This document shows, piece after piece, positions 53,299 through 64,000 of a stretch of DNA of 64,000 nt; position 1 is the first letter of the stretch; each line of letters opens with the position of its first letter. The stretch comes from Octopus sinensis. Its lineage: Eukaryota. A program made the position numbers and the translations under genes. The DNA is taken from the NCBI RefSeq assembly GCF_006345805.1, contig NC_043003.1, positions 4,402,001-4,466,000 of the forward strand, in the 5' to 3' direction. The notes under the pieces were generated by a model, which saw nothing but the letters and a program-made list of their open reading frames with translations, did no database searches and had not been told where the DNA came from.

Positions 53299-54031
53299 TA
53301 TATATATAGTATATATATATATGTATATATATATATGTTATATATATATGTATATAATATATATATATATATGTAATATATATATATGTATATATATTAT
53401 ATGTATATATTATATATATATGTATATATATATATGTATATAATATGTTATATATATATATGTATATATGTATATAGTATGTATATATATATGTATATAT
53501 GTATATATATGTATATATATATGTATGTATAATATATGTATATATGTATATATATATGTATATATATATGTATGTATATATATATGTATATATATATGTA
53601 TATATATATATATGTAATGTATTTATATGTATTATATATGTATATATATATGTATGTTATATAATTATATATATATTATATATATATATATGTATATTAT
53701 ATATTCTGTATATATATATGTTATATATCTATATATATGTATATATATATATATGTATATTATATATGTATGTATATATATATGTATGTATATATATATG
53801 TATTATATATATTTATATATTATATATGTTATATATATATATGTATATATATATATTATATATATATATAGGTATATATATATATGTATATATATAATAT
53901 ATGTATATATATATATATGTATATATATATGTATGTATATATATATGTATATATATTTATAGTATATATATGTATATATATATATATATGTATATATATA
54001 TGTATATATATATATATTATATATATATATG

Positions 54032-54064
<33 letters not shown>

Positions 54065-54108
54065 GTATATAATTATATATGTATATATATATATGTTATA
54101 TATATATA
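50720..54108. repeat. Very long degenerate (TA)n/(TATATATATG)n arrays at 50720-52280 and 52925-54108
   Basis: Directly visible. Frequent AA/TT phase slips suggest consensus errors. Confidence 0.9.
52282..52757. repeat. Palindrome with arms of about 224 bp and a 30-nt loop; each arm carries a core-truncated hammerhead
   Basis: 52282-52505 vs 52536-52757. Each arm reads ATGA-GGC...GCC-GAAA-CAGCTGT-C. Confidence 0.9.
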
Positions 54109-54109
54109 A

Positions 54110-55530
54110 ATCCTTAAATCTTTAAAAATGTCTCAGCCCGAAAGCTGCAGTCATGCTGGGGTACCACCGTTGATTGTGCTGTACTAGTATGTTAAACCCC
54201 CTCTGATACGTGGCATTTGGTCAACAAGGGAGATCGACGCCGCCGCCCACATCTGTGTTTCCTGCCGAGAGGTAAGTTCATCTGGAACCCCTGACATGAA
54301 GAGATCGAGTTTAGTTTTAAAGTAACCCACATCCACACCATGCAGGACTCTTAGGCATTTAGGAAGAACATTGAAGAGCTGTGATCCCCTGAAACCCAAG
54401 CTGTTGCAGTATCTGGTCCTGTATTTTGATGGTGATGTTGGGATCTTTGGCACCATGCAGTGGCGCCCCGTCTGCTGTTGGGTTAACTTTCAATGCCTAA
54501 ATTTGGGACAAGGCCCTCCAGGATTTTCCAGATGTATATCACAGCATATCTCTCCCGCCTTCGCTCCAGAGAGAAAAGTTTTAATACTTTCCCAGTATCT
54601 GATATGTTGGATGGAAATGATCTTCGTGTAGCCTCGTTGGATTGCTTCGAGTTCTGTTGTTAACTGTATATTGTGTGGTGACCATAGTTGGGAGCAGTAG
54701 TCCAAGCGGCTGAGGACGAAAGTTTTCCAAAGGACCATCAGTGTCTCCTTCTCTCTTGTTCTGAAAGTTCGGAGATCTATCCAGCTAGCCGTCTGCATAT
54801 TATTACCAAATTGGCAATATGCACTTGGAAAGATGCATCATTGCTCATGTCAATGCCCAGATCACGCACTGATTTTGACTCAGGGATTGCAATTCTTCCT
54901 GGGCCAGTGTATCCAGTCTGCATGTCGTTTACCTTTGTGTGCCGGTAGCGCAAGGCCTGGAACTTACCTGCATTAAACTGCATGTTGTTGTCCTCAGCCC
55001 ACCTGTATATTATATCCAACTCCTGTTGCAGATGTGCAATATTTCCAGGGTTTTGTATTATCTGAGAGATTTTTGTGTCATCTGCATAGCTAGCAAGGGT
55101 GGCCATCTTAGTAACTGAGGGCATGTCTGAGAGGGCAACTATGAACAGCAGTGGCCCCAAGACAGTGCCCTGTGGAACACCGTTTGTTATTTGTGTTTCC
55201 TTGAAGGTGGCTCCATTGGCCACCACTACCTGCCTTCTATCTTTTAGGAAGTTGCGCAGCCACTCTCCAAGTTTTCCGCCTATGCCGAGATTACGCAGTT
55301 TGTGACAGATCATACCATGGTCGACATTATCAAAGGCTTTTGCAAAGTCGAGATGTATCACATCTAGATTTGAGTCATTTAGTAGCTGTTTCAACACCCA
55401 GTCATAATGTTGCAGCAGCTGTGTTAGGCAGCTTCTACCTGGAGGAAATCGATGCTGGGTATCAGAAAGTCATCTTCTTCAAGGAACATGATTAGTTTCT
55501 TGCGGACTGTTCGCTCCATGAATTTGCTGA
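54110..55530 (-). mobile_element. CR1/L2-like LINE, 5'-truncated RT and 3' end
   Basis: HLDFAKAFD, GVPQGTVLGP, YADD, LDYCSQLWSPH; several frameshifts. Confidence 0.95.
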
Positions 55531-55634
55531 TTATACACACACATACACACACACACACTCACATGTATATGTATATATATACATACATACATATACATAT
55601 ATATATACATATATATAGACACACATATATATAT

Positions 55635-55681
<47 letters not shown>

Positions 55682-55697
55682 TTACACACACACACAC

Positions 55698-55734
<37 letters not shown>

Positions 55735-57433
55735 TATACATATACATATACATATATGTGTGTGTGCGTGTGGATACGTGTGCGTGGGTCCGTGTGTATG
55801 TATGCATGCGTGTATGTATGTACACGTGGGTGTGTATGTATGCACACATATATATATATATGTGCGTGTGCGGGTATGGGTGTGTGTATGTGTGTGTATG
55901 TATATGTGTATATGTGTATATGTATATATATACATATATATGTATGCATATATGTGTGTATATATATATGCGTATGTGTATGTGTGTGTATATATATATG
56001 TATATGTATATTGTCCGTGTATATATATGCATATTCTGTTAAAATCTTTTGCCCGCAAGTTTCTTACGTTCATGTCTACCTAATGTACCCACTATGACTC
56101 CGTATCTTACCCGCGTGCAAGAACGCATCATTTTGTTATACCTGTGTCCGTGCATATGCATACCTTTGTGTATAGGCATAGGGATCTACTCCCCCATGTG
56201 CGTGGGGGTGGACGCGAGTGCAGGTGTATACATATTCCTGCCCACACGCATAAAGATTCACTTCGTCTTGTAAATGCGTGTAAGTGCGAGTGTGCCTATA
56301 TGAACGCATGTGAGTGTATGGATATACGTACGTGTGCGCGTCGGTTCGTGTACCCAACTACATGCGCCTTTTTCCATATATATCTGTATATGTTTACACG
56401 AGAGTACGTATGTATGATTGTATGCGTGTAGTTGCGTATGCGTGCGTATATGTGCGCGTGTATATGGGTGTATGTATCCATGCGGGTACGTATGTACATG
56501 ATGACCACTTAATACGTTACGAAGAACTAGATAAGCGGCTCAACAACTCTAATTTACAATACACTAGGCCCCCAGACGCCCCGGTTGATTTATGACACCC
56601 AAGGCTTCTACAACCAGAATTTGTCATTTTCCTGACCACCATGTTTGGTCCGTAACTACTATTTATCCCTTATCCTTATATTCTTTTACATTCCTACCCT
56701 TTATACTTCTGATAATCTTTTTATTTTTTTATTTTATTTTTTATTTTTTTAAATTTATTTTTTTATTTTTATTTATTTATTTTTTTATCTTTTTATTTTT
56801 TTATCTTTTTATAACTTTATACCTTTATATTCATTTATATTTTTTACATTTTTTATATCTCTTTATATCTTTATACTCTACATTTTTATATTTTTCTATA
56901 CTTACACTTTTTATATATTTTTAATATATTTTTTATCCTTCGTCCTGAATCCTCGCCCCTCCATCTTTATCTCTATTTGCTCTTATTACCAGGTTCCTTC
57001 ACGTCTGTCTGTATTTATATATGTATATATTTATTTATTTATGATGCAGCACGGACTTTGTCAGTGAACAGGTCGCGGATTTTAGCGACGAAAATATTTT
57101 GACAAATTAAACTTAAAGGTTGAAGTGAATCGAACGGCTTTTGTGTGTTTCTGAAATGGCTTATAAACACCTTCCACGCTGCAATTGTTTTCGTTTCAGC
57201 ACACGATCTCAGATCAAATTACTTGCTATGCGAGTACATCTCCGTAATATTTATTTATTCATTTATTTATATTACCTCAACATCCAAACTTCCTCATTCT
57301 ACATTGAGAGAAGGACGAGATGGACGCTTCATTTTTATGCTGTTGCCGCATTATGTCGTACGCGAATGAGAGGATTTGCATCCCCAACGTTGAATTTTTG
57401 ATGTAATACATGTCCTTGAAGAAGTAGTTGTGC

Positions 57434-57511
57434 GCGGCTGAAGAAGGCCACAGACACACATTATGCATTGTTATAAATCCGTCTAATAAAGGCCCGAAAC
57501 ATATGTACCGC
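57434..57511 (+). ncRNA. Type-I hammerhead ribozyme motif, canonical core
   Basis: GCGG-CUGAAGA-AGGCC/long loop/GGCCC-GAAA-CAUAUGU-A-CCGC. Predicted cut after 57507. Confidence 0.75.
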
Positions 57512-57678
57512 TGAATCCTTGGCATCATGTTTTTATTTTGATTAATATACATATACATATATATATACATATATACATATATATATATACATACATATAT
57601 GCATATATATATATACATACATATATGCATATACATATATAAATACATATATGCGTGTATATATATATATTATATATA

Positions 57679-57710
<32 letters not shown>

Positions 57711-57719
57711 GTTTATAAA

Positions 57720-59484
57720 CTTAGATAAGCTTAGATATGTTTCGACCAAAGATTGGTCCAGGCCATGTCTAACTTAATAGCACCACCTGATAGGATTATT
57801 CGAATCCTGTTTAAGTCAAGTTTTGTTCAAGTAGTGAGTTCTTGTTGGGTGAGTTGTATCCAGTTTTGTTCAAGTAGTGAGTTCTTGTTGGGTGAGTTGT
57901 ATCCAATTATGGGTGGCTTATCTGGTATTCTTTGAAGGAATCTATCCAGACTCTGTTTAAAGTTGATGGGATCCTTTTCCTCTTTGATCTCCCTCGGGAC
58001 AATGTTAAATAGGGCAGGGCCTGTTGAGGAAAAGAAATTATGTTGCAGTGTACGTGTATGTTGTGATTTTGAATTGGGCAGGGGACGTATAGCCCGTGGT
58101 CCAAGTCTTGGATGAACCTTGAAGCTAATGTTTAGGTCATTTGGGCAAAGTTGGCGGTATATTTTCCACATCGTACAAATGATGTACCGCTCACGGCGAC
58201 GCTGGAGGGAGTAAAGTTTCAAGGCTTTAAGGCGATCCCAATAATCGAGAGCAGCCATGCCTTCAATTTGTTTAGTGAGAGCCCTCTGGGGTGACTCAAT
58301 TCTGGAGATGTTTTGTCTTGTGTGAGGAGACCACAGTGGGCAGCAGTATTCAAGGTGTGGCCGTACAAAGGAGGAAAAAAGTGGTATGATGACACCTTGT
58401 TCTCTGGACCGAAAGTTCTTAAGATCCAGGAACTCATCCTACGAGCTATATCGACCTTCTTGTTGATGTGTGCACTCCAACTGAGATCGTCATCAACAAT
58501 TACACCCAGGTCTCTGATATTGTTAGAGGCTGTGAGCGGTTCCCCTGAAGGAAGAGAGTATGGCTGTTTTAGTGAGGAATTTCTTCCAAAATGCATCAGC
58601 TCAAATTTTCCCTCATTCAGTTGCATTTTGTTTCTGTCTGCCCATTGACTCACATCATATAGATCAGACTGGAGTTGAGTTCGGTCTGCTTCTTCATTGA
58701 CGATTTGCTGGAGCTTAGTGTCATCAGCAAATATTTTCATTTTGCAGTAATGTGCGACACTGGAAAGGTCGTTTACGTAAATTATGAAGAGTAGCGGACC
58801 CAAAACAGTTCCCTGGGGAACACCGCTGGTGACTTTTGCTGGGTTTGAGTGGACTCCATCAACTACAACATGTTGTGTTCTATTCGCCAGGAAATACTTG
58901 ATCCAGTGTAGAACTTTTCCACGGATTCCAACATTTGCCAATTTTGAGAGTATGATATTATGGTCTACCCTGTCGAACGCTTTACTGAAGTCAAGATATA
59001 TGACATCAGAGTTCGAACCTGTTCCCAAGGCTTTGAGTACATCTTCAATGTGGTGTAAGAGCTGTGTTAGACAGTCCCTGCCACAGCGAAAGCCATGTTG
59101 ATTTGAATTTAGGAGTTTGTGGGTCTCCAGGAAGTCAGCTATCCTTGATCTTAACACTCTTTCAAACACTTTAATGATGTGGGAGGTGAGTGAGATTGGG
59201 CGATAGTTGACTGCGAGGGATCTGTTTCCCTGTTTGAAAACCGGAATGACCGACTGGGATAGAAACTGTTTCGGTATATAACCTGCGTCTAACGAATTTC
59301 TCCAGAGGTTGGTCAGAGGGACTGCAAGTTGATATCTACATTCCTTCAGGAGACTAGCGGGAAATCTATCAGGGCCTACAGCAGAGTAATGTTTGACCTC
59401 ATTTATTGCTGCTACGATGTCGGTGGCAGTGAAGGTTATGTCTGAGATTTTGTGTTGGGAGTCAACTTCGTTCGTTTCCCTCAT
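57720..59484 (-). mobile_element. CR1/L2-like LINE (second subfamily), nearly intact RT, 5'-truncated
   Basis: YRPISLTS, YLDFSKAFD, GVPQGTVLGP, FADD. Apparently one frameshift near 58405. 43-nt tandem duplication at 57819-57904. Confidence 0.95.
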
Positions 59485-59567
59485 ATATATATACTTATAA
59501 ATTTTATTTCGTGAGAGATAAAAAAACCCGAAGGCTGTGTAGATTTTAGAACATTTATAGATAGAAT

Positions 59568-59615
59568 GTCTTACAGTTGTTTCCAGGATATTTATTATAT
59601 CTTTTCATCGGAAAC
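59568..59615 (-). ncRNA. Type-I hammerhead ribozyme motif (U4C core, family G)
   Basis: GUUU-CCGAUGA-AAAGAUAU/AAUAA/AUAUCCUG-GAAA-CAACUGU-A-AGAC. Flanks are homologous to those of 41756-41810. Confidence 0.6.
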
Positions 59616-59691
59616 GGTGTGAGTGGATGGTTAAGAAATAGTTAATTTAGATAAGTGAGTGAAGTGGAGGAAATAAAAGAATATATATCTA

Positions 59692-59798
<107 letters not shown>

Positions 59799-59928
59799 AT
59801 ATATAATTTACAAGATAAAGGCAGAAAAAAATTATAATGCCAGATACGCTTAAACAAATTTGTCGATAACCATTATAATTTATGCGTCTCGAAACAAACC
59901 GATAGAAATCTCTAAAAAATTGGTTATT

Positions 59929-59985
59929 ACCGTATTGGTCCAATTTCGGGATTAATTCACAAGAAATTTTCTCCTCTTCAGCGGC
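59929..59985 (-). ncRNA. Type-I hammerhead ribozyme motif, canonical core (family F)
   Basis: GCCG-CUGAAGA-GG...CC-GAAA-UUGG-A-CCAAU-A-CGGU. Flanks are homologous to those of 7856-7917. Confidence 0.75.
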
Positions 59986-60066
59986 ACATACGCGAGATAT
60001 AAATGAAATACTTATTCATACCCACGGAAGAAGCAAGTACCAAGTCCCGAGCAGACTTAAGTACCC

Positions 60067-60100
<34 letters not shown>

Positions 60101-60632
60101 GAATACTCTGATAATACTTTCTTCAAGTTTCCATACATCTTCTTAAATTACTGTTAATGGGTGTCAAAGAAAGAGAGAAGTATATTTATACACATAACGA
60201 GATCTACGCTCGCGCGCACACACACGCACGCACATACACACACAGAGAAAGAAAGAGAGAGATAACCAAAGAGAGAGAGACAGAGAGAGAGAGAGAGTGA
60301 AGGACAGATTGGGTGAGAGAGAGAGCGAGAGAGCAGTAGTGGTTAAGACAATTAACCTGTAAAATATAATATTTATATACTAGGTATCAACAAGAAAGAT
60401 CTTTTGATCTTGCCGCTCGGGCGCTTCACGCAAGAATCAATCCCAGAAATCTGTGAAACGTCGTTAAGTTTGATATATATGTTTTACGTGTCTCAGCAAA
60501 TGACGTACGTCAATTACTTTACCAAAACCAGTGGGGCCTCCACACTGGAAATAAGGAGTCTTAAATTACTTCTGTTGGTTATCTTAAACTATTATTATTA
60601 TTATCATCATCATCATCATAATCCTCTTCCTC

Positions 60633-60668
<36 letters not shown>

Positions 60669-60671
60669 GAA

Positions 60672-61021
60672 GACGGTGAGCTGGCAGAATCGTTAGCACG
60701 CCCGGACGAAATGCTTCTGCCGTTACATTCTGAGTTCAAATTCCGTCAAGGTCGCATTTGCCTTTCATCCCTTCGGGGTTGATAAATTAAGTACCAGTTA
60801 TGCACTGGGGTCGATGTAATCGACTTAATCCGTTTGTCTGTCCTTGTTTGTCCCCTCTATGTTTAGCCCCTTGTGGGCAATAAAGAAATAAGAAACGTCA
60901 GCACGCAGGACCTAATGCTTAGCGGTATTTCGGCTGCCGCTACGTTCTGAGTTCAAATTCTGCCGAGGTCGACTTTGCCTTTCATCCTTTCGGGGTCGAT
61001 TAAATAAGTACCAGTTACGCA
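60672..61021 (+). mobile_element. SINE family A dimer
   Basis: Two consecutive cores, inserted after a (TTA)n/(CAT)n tract. Confidence 0.85.
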
Positions 61022-61079
61022 TATTATTATTATAAACAATTCTCTCAAAAACTGGATACGAATGCATATTTGAGAAATA

Positions 61080-61237
61080 GGTGCACGCGTGGCTGTGTGG
61101 TAAGCATTTTGCTTCCCAACCATATAGTTCTGGGTTCAGTTCCACTGCATGGAAGCTTGTACTATAGTCCAGAACCGACCAAAGCCTTGTGAGCGGATTT
61201 CCTTGACGGAAACTGAAAAACTCCCGTCGTATATACA
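61080..61237 (+). mobile_element. SINE family B 5' half, cut at its internal TA tract by a mariner
   Basis: Head and body run to cccgtcgtata, then the TIR begins. Confidence 0.75.
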
Positions 61238-61239
61238 TA

Positions 61240-62104
61240 CGACGTCTGATCAATAAGTACTTGGACTGTTGCCATAGTAACGAAGCTAAACCATGCAGAG
61301 TAAAACCGTTTGGCAAACATTGACCTTGAACACTGCTGTGCATTCACACCGAGTTTTAACGTTCTAGCTCACTTCCGCTGTTAACAGCAGTGCTTGGAAG
61401 GAAGGTGTGTAGCGTGTGATCGTCGCATTGACCATGACAGAGAAAGTTGTCATGGCGATACATGCTCAGAGGCATACGCAAAGTTGCAGAAAGTGTATGG
61501 AGAGGAGTGTATGAGCTGCACACAGGTGTACGAGTGGTTCAGATGTTTCCAAAAATGTAGATATTGATGAAACTTCTGGGAGACCCGCAAGCAGCGGAAC
61601 TGAGAAAAACATCGCAGATATGCGGGCAGCTGTGAGGGGAAATCGTCGAATCACCATCCATGAGTTATCAGGAAATGTGCAAATTAGGTACGGTTCAGTT
61701 CAGTCCATTATCAGCGAAGATTTGGACACGAGATGCGTGTCTGCCAAGTTTGTGCCAAAACTACTTTTAGCTGATCAAAATGGACACTCGGGTTTCAGTT
61801 GCACAAAATCGCCTTGATTGTGTCGAGAACTACGAAAACTTTTCGAAAACTTTGCGTAGGCCTCTGAGGATGTGTCACCAAGCTTTTCGCAAAAGCAAAG
61901 CTCTGTCATTGCCGATACGACGATCACACGCTACACACCTTTCTTCCAAGCACTGCTGTAAACAACGGAAGTGAAAATAGAACGTTAAAACCTCGTGCAC
62001 ATACACAGCAGAGTTTAAAGTCAACCTGTACTCAACAGCTTTACTCTGCATGGTTTAAATTCGTTACTATGGCAACAGTCCGGACACTTATTGATCAGAC
62101 CACG
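61240..62104 (+). mobile_element. Internally deleted mariner with TIRs of about 100 bp
   Basis: TIR ..gtctgatcaataagt..ggactgttgccatagtaacgaa at both ends. HTH remnant and VSAKFVPKLL (WVPHEL-like) motif. Confidence 0.85.
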
Positions 62105-62107
62105 TGC

Positions 62108-62145
<38 letters not shown>

Positions 62146-62439
62146 TGTGGTGAAACAAAAACAATAGCAGCGTGTAAGGTGTAAGGATGCATATATATAA
62201 TATTTGTGTATGTTTACCTATGTACAAGAAGGAAAAATTGCGATAAACACTTTTATACCTTTTGCTCGAGCGTGCGTATCAGCAAGTTCCAAACTCAGCT
62301 CAGGATGTCTCAAGTGCATTTGGCTGCTAAGCCATGACGAAGCATTCAAGGAACACTTTCTGCTATGGAGAATGTAAAGTTCTCAGTTCTTTTCTTGTTA
62401 GCATCATTTCTAGAATAAGGGGTCTGCTTTCTAATAAAA

Positions 62440-63080
62440 AAATTTTGAAATCGTTTCCCTGTTGGAATTTAGTTGTCCCTTCTGAAATTTTAAGAAAATC
62501 TTGAATAATTTTGGATTGTATCTAAAAATTCGTGTTAGCCGTCTTTTCATTTGCTCTAAAATTCTAGTTCTCCCGGATTATGAGTTAGGCATTTTCTAAC
62601 AAAGCCAAGTGCACCGTGTATTAAATGTTTATTTATAATCAGAGTAAAAGAGTTACAGATTTCAAAAACGTTGTCCGTAGAAATTCTCCTCCTCGCTGAT
62701 TTTGGAAGAGATGTTTGTATGACTGGACAAAAAAATTCTTTTCTGTCCTCAATAACAATTTCGGATCTGTTACGCTTGCACTTGTTAACATGTTTAATGT
62801 GAATGTTCAGCTAATATTCTTTACACTGATATGCATATATGTATTCAATAGCAGAAGTATTGTTTATATTTTGTCTTCTGCTGATGGCATCGTATATGGT
62901 TTTAGTAACAACATGGTGCCCCAGCGGGAGGTGACACTTTTCGACTGCTGCTGATTACATATCTAATACCCTTGTCCACAGGAGAACGCCATAGTTGACA
63001 TTTGCGATTTCGTCCATGGGTTTTTATGGCTTGTTGCTAACTCTTGTACGGAGATTACAAAAGTATTGCTTTCAAGATCC
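62440..63080 (-). pseudogene. Old R4/Dong-like LINE C-terminal remnant
   Basis: LPLGHHVVTKTIYDAI, KCKRNRSEIVIEDRKE and HGALGFVRKCL parallel 45295-45830. Confidence 0.6.
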
Positions 63081-63451
63081 AGGCATATTTATGTATATAT
63101 GTATGTGCTTGTATATATTGTTTATTTTTCAATTAATTAAATTCAAATACGGCGCATGTATTTTATAGAATACTGATTGTCCCACGTAATTAACGACCAA
63201 ATTGAATAGCCATCACCCGTAGAATATCTTCCGGTCGACATTAATGTACCAATAATATACATTAGTATTTGCTGCCTTATAAGATGCACAGCAATGTATA
63301 CATATATATGTACACACACACACACAGATATATACATATAAACACACATACACAGATATGTAATATGCAAATAATATTTACGCACACACACATATATATA
63401 TATTTTGTTAGGAAATTATGAAAACGATAAAAACATTTATCGTATAATATC

Positions 63452-63866
63452 TTTTTTTACTACCCACAAGGGGCTAAACACAGAGGGGGACAAACAAGAA
63501 CAGTCAAAGAGATTAAGTCGTTCACATCGACCCCAGTACGTGACTGGTACTTATTTAATCGACCCTGAAATGATGAAAGGCAAAGTCGACCTCGGCGGAA
63601 TTTGAACTCGGAACGGAAGACGAAATACCTATTTCTATTTCTTTATTACCCACAAGGGGCTAAACACAAAGGGGACAAACAAGGACAGACATAGGTATTA
63701 AGTCGATTACATCGACCCCAGTGCGTAACTGGTACTTAATTTATCGACCCCGAAAGGATGAAAGGCAAAGTCGACCTTGGCAGAATTTGAACTCCGAACG
63801 TAACGGCAGACGAAATGCCGCGAAGCATTTCGCCCGGTGTGCTAACGTTTCTGCCAGCTCGCCGCC
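63452..63866 (-). mobile_element. SINE family A dimer
   Basis: Two cores with junction aaagaaatagaaataggtatttcgt. Confidence 0.9.
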
Positions 63867-64000
63867 TCAATACGTTTATCATATAATGTTAAGTTAAACA
63901 GGTAAACAAACAGTTTTATCATACTTCACTGCAAGGCCAGGATGAATCCATTATCAAAATGAGGGAAGCTAGGTGTTAATAGCCAAACTGTGAAGCTCTA

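Noticed and set aside
62290-62470. Penelope RT-like KQTP..MMLTR peptide
   Set aside because: The adjacent sequence aligns much better to the R4/Dong C-terminus, so this is likely its 3' UTR.

Overview
Repeat-saturated eukaryotic DNA. It is very probably an octopus (cephalopod) intronic or intergenic region; this rests on recalled resemblance of the SINEs to octopus tRNA-derived families, not on a search. I found no host protein-coding exon. Almost all ORF-track entries are translated microsatellites. Identified content: about 25 tRNA-derived SINE copies in four families (my labels A-D), four CR1/L2-like LINE 3' fragments, five R4/Dong-like fragments, RTE remnants, one Tx1-like 3' fragment sitting in a (TATC)n array, mariner fossils, several foldback elements, large (TA)n/(TACA)n arrays and a 100-N gap. 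The main finding is a dense set of minimal type-I hammerhead ribozyme motifs of the Penelope-like element (PLE) kind: about 14 clear or partial copies in at least 5 sequence families. They have palindromic stem III, usually lie near (TA)n tracts and are sometimes arranged as inverted pairs. One family shows compensatory base changes between copies, and another carries a recurrent non-canonical core (CUGUNGA). Secondary findings are apparent SINE-LINE 3' tail partnerships (SINE A with Tx1, SINE B with CR1) and possible microsatellite targeting by the Tx1 and R4 elements. All folds and alignments were done by eye and none is experimentally or computationally confirmed.
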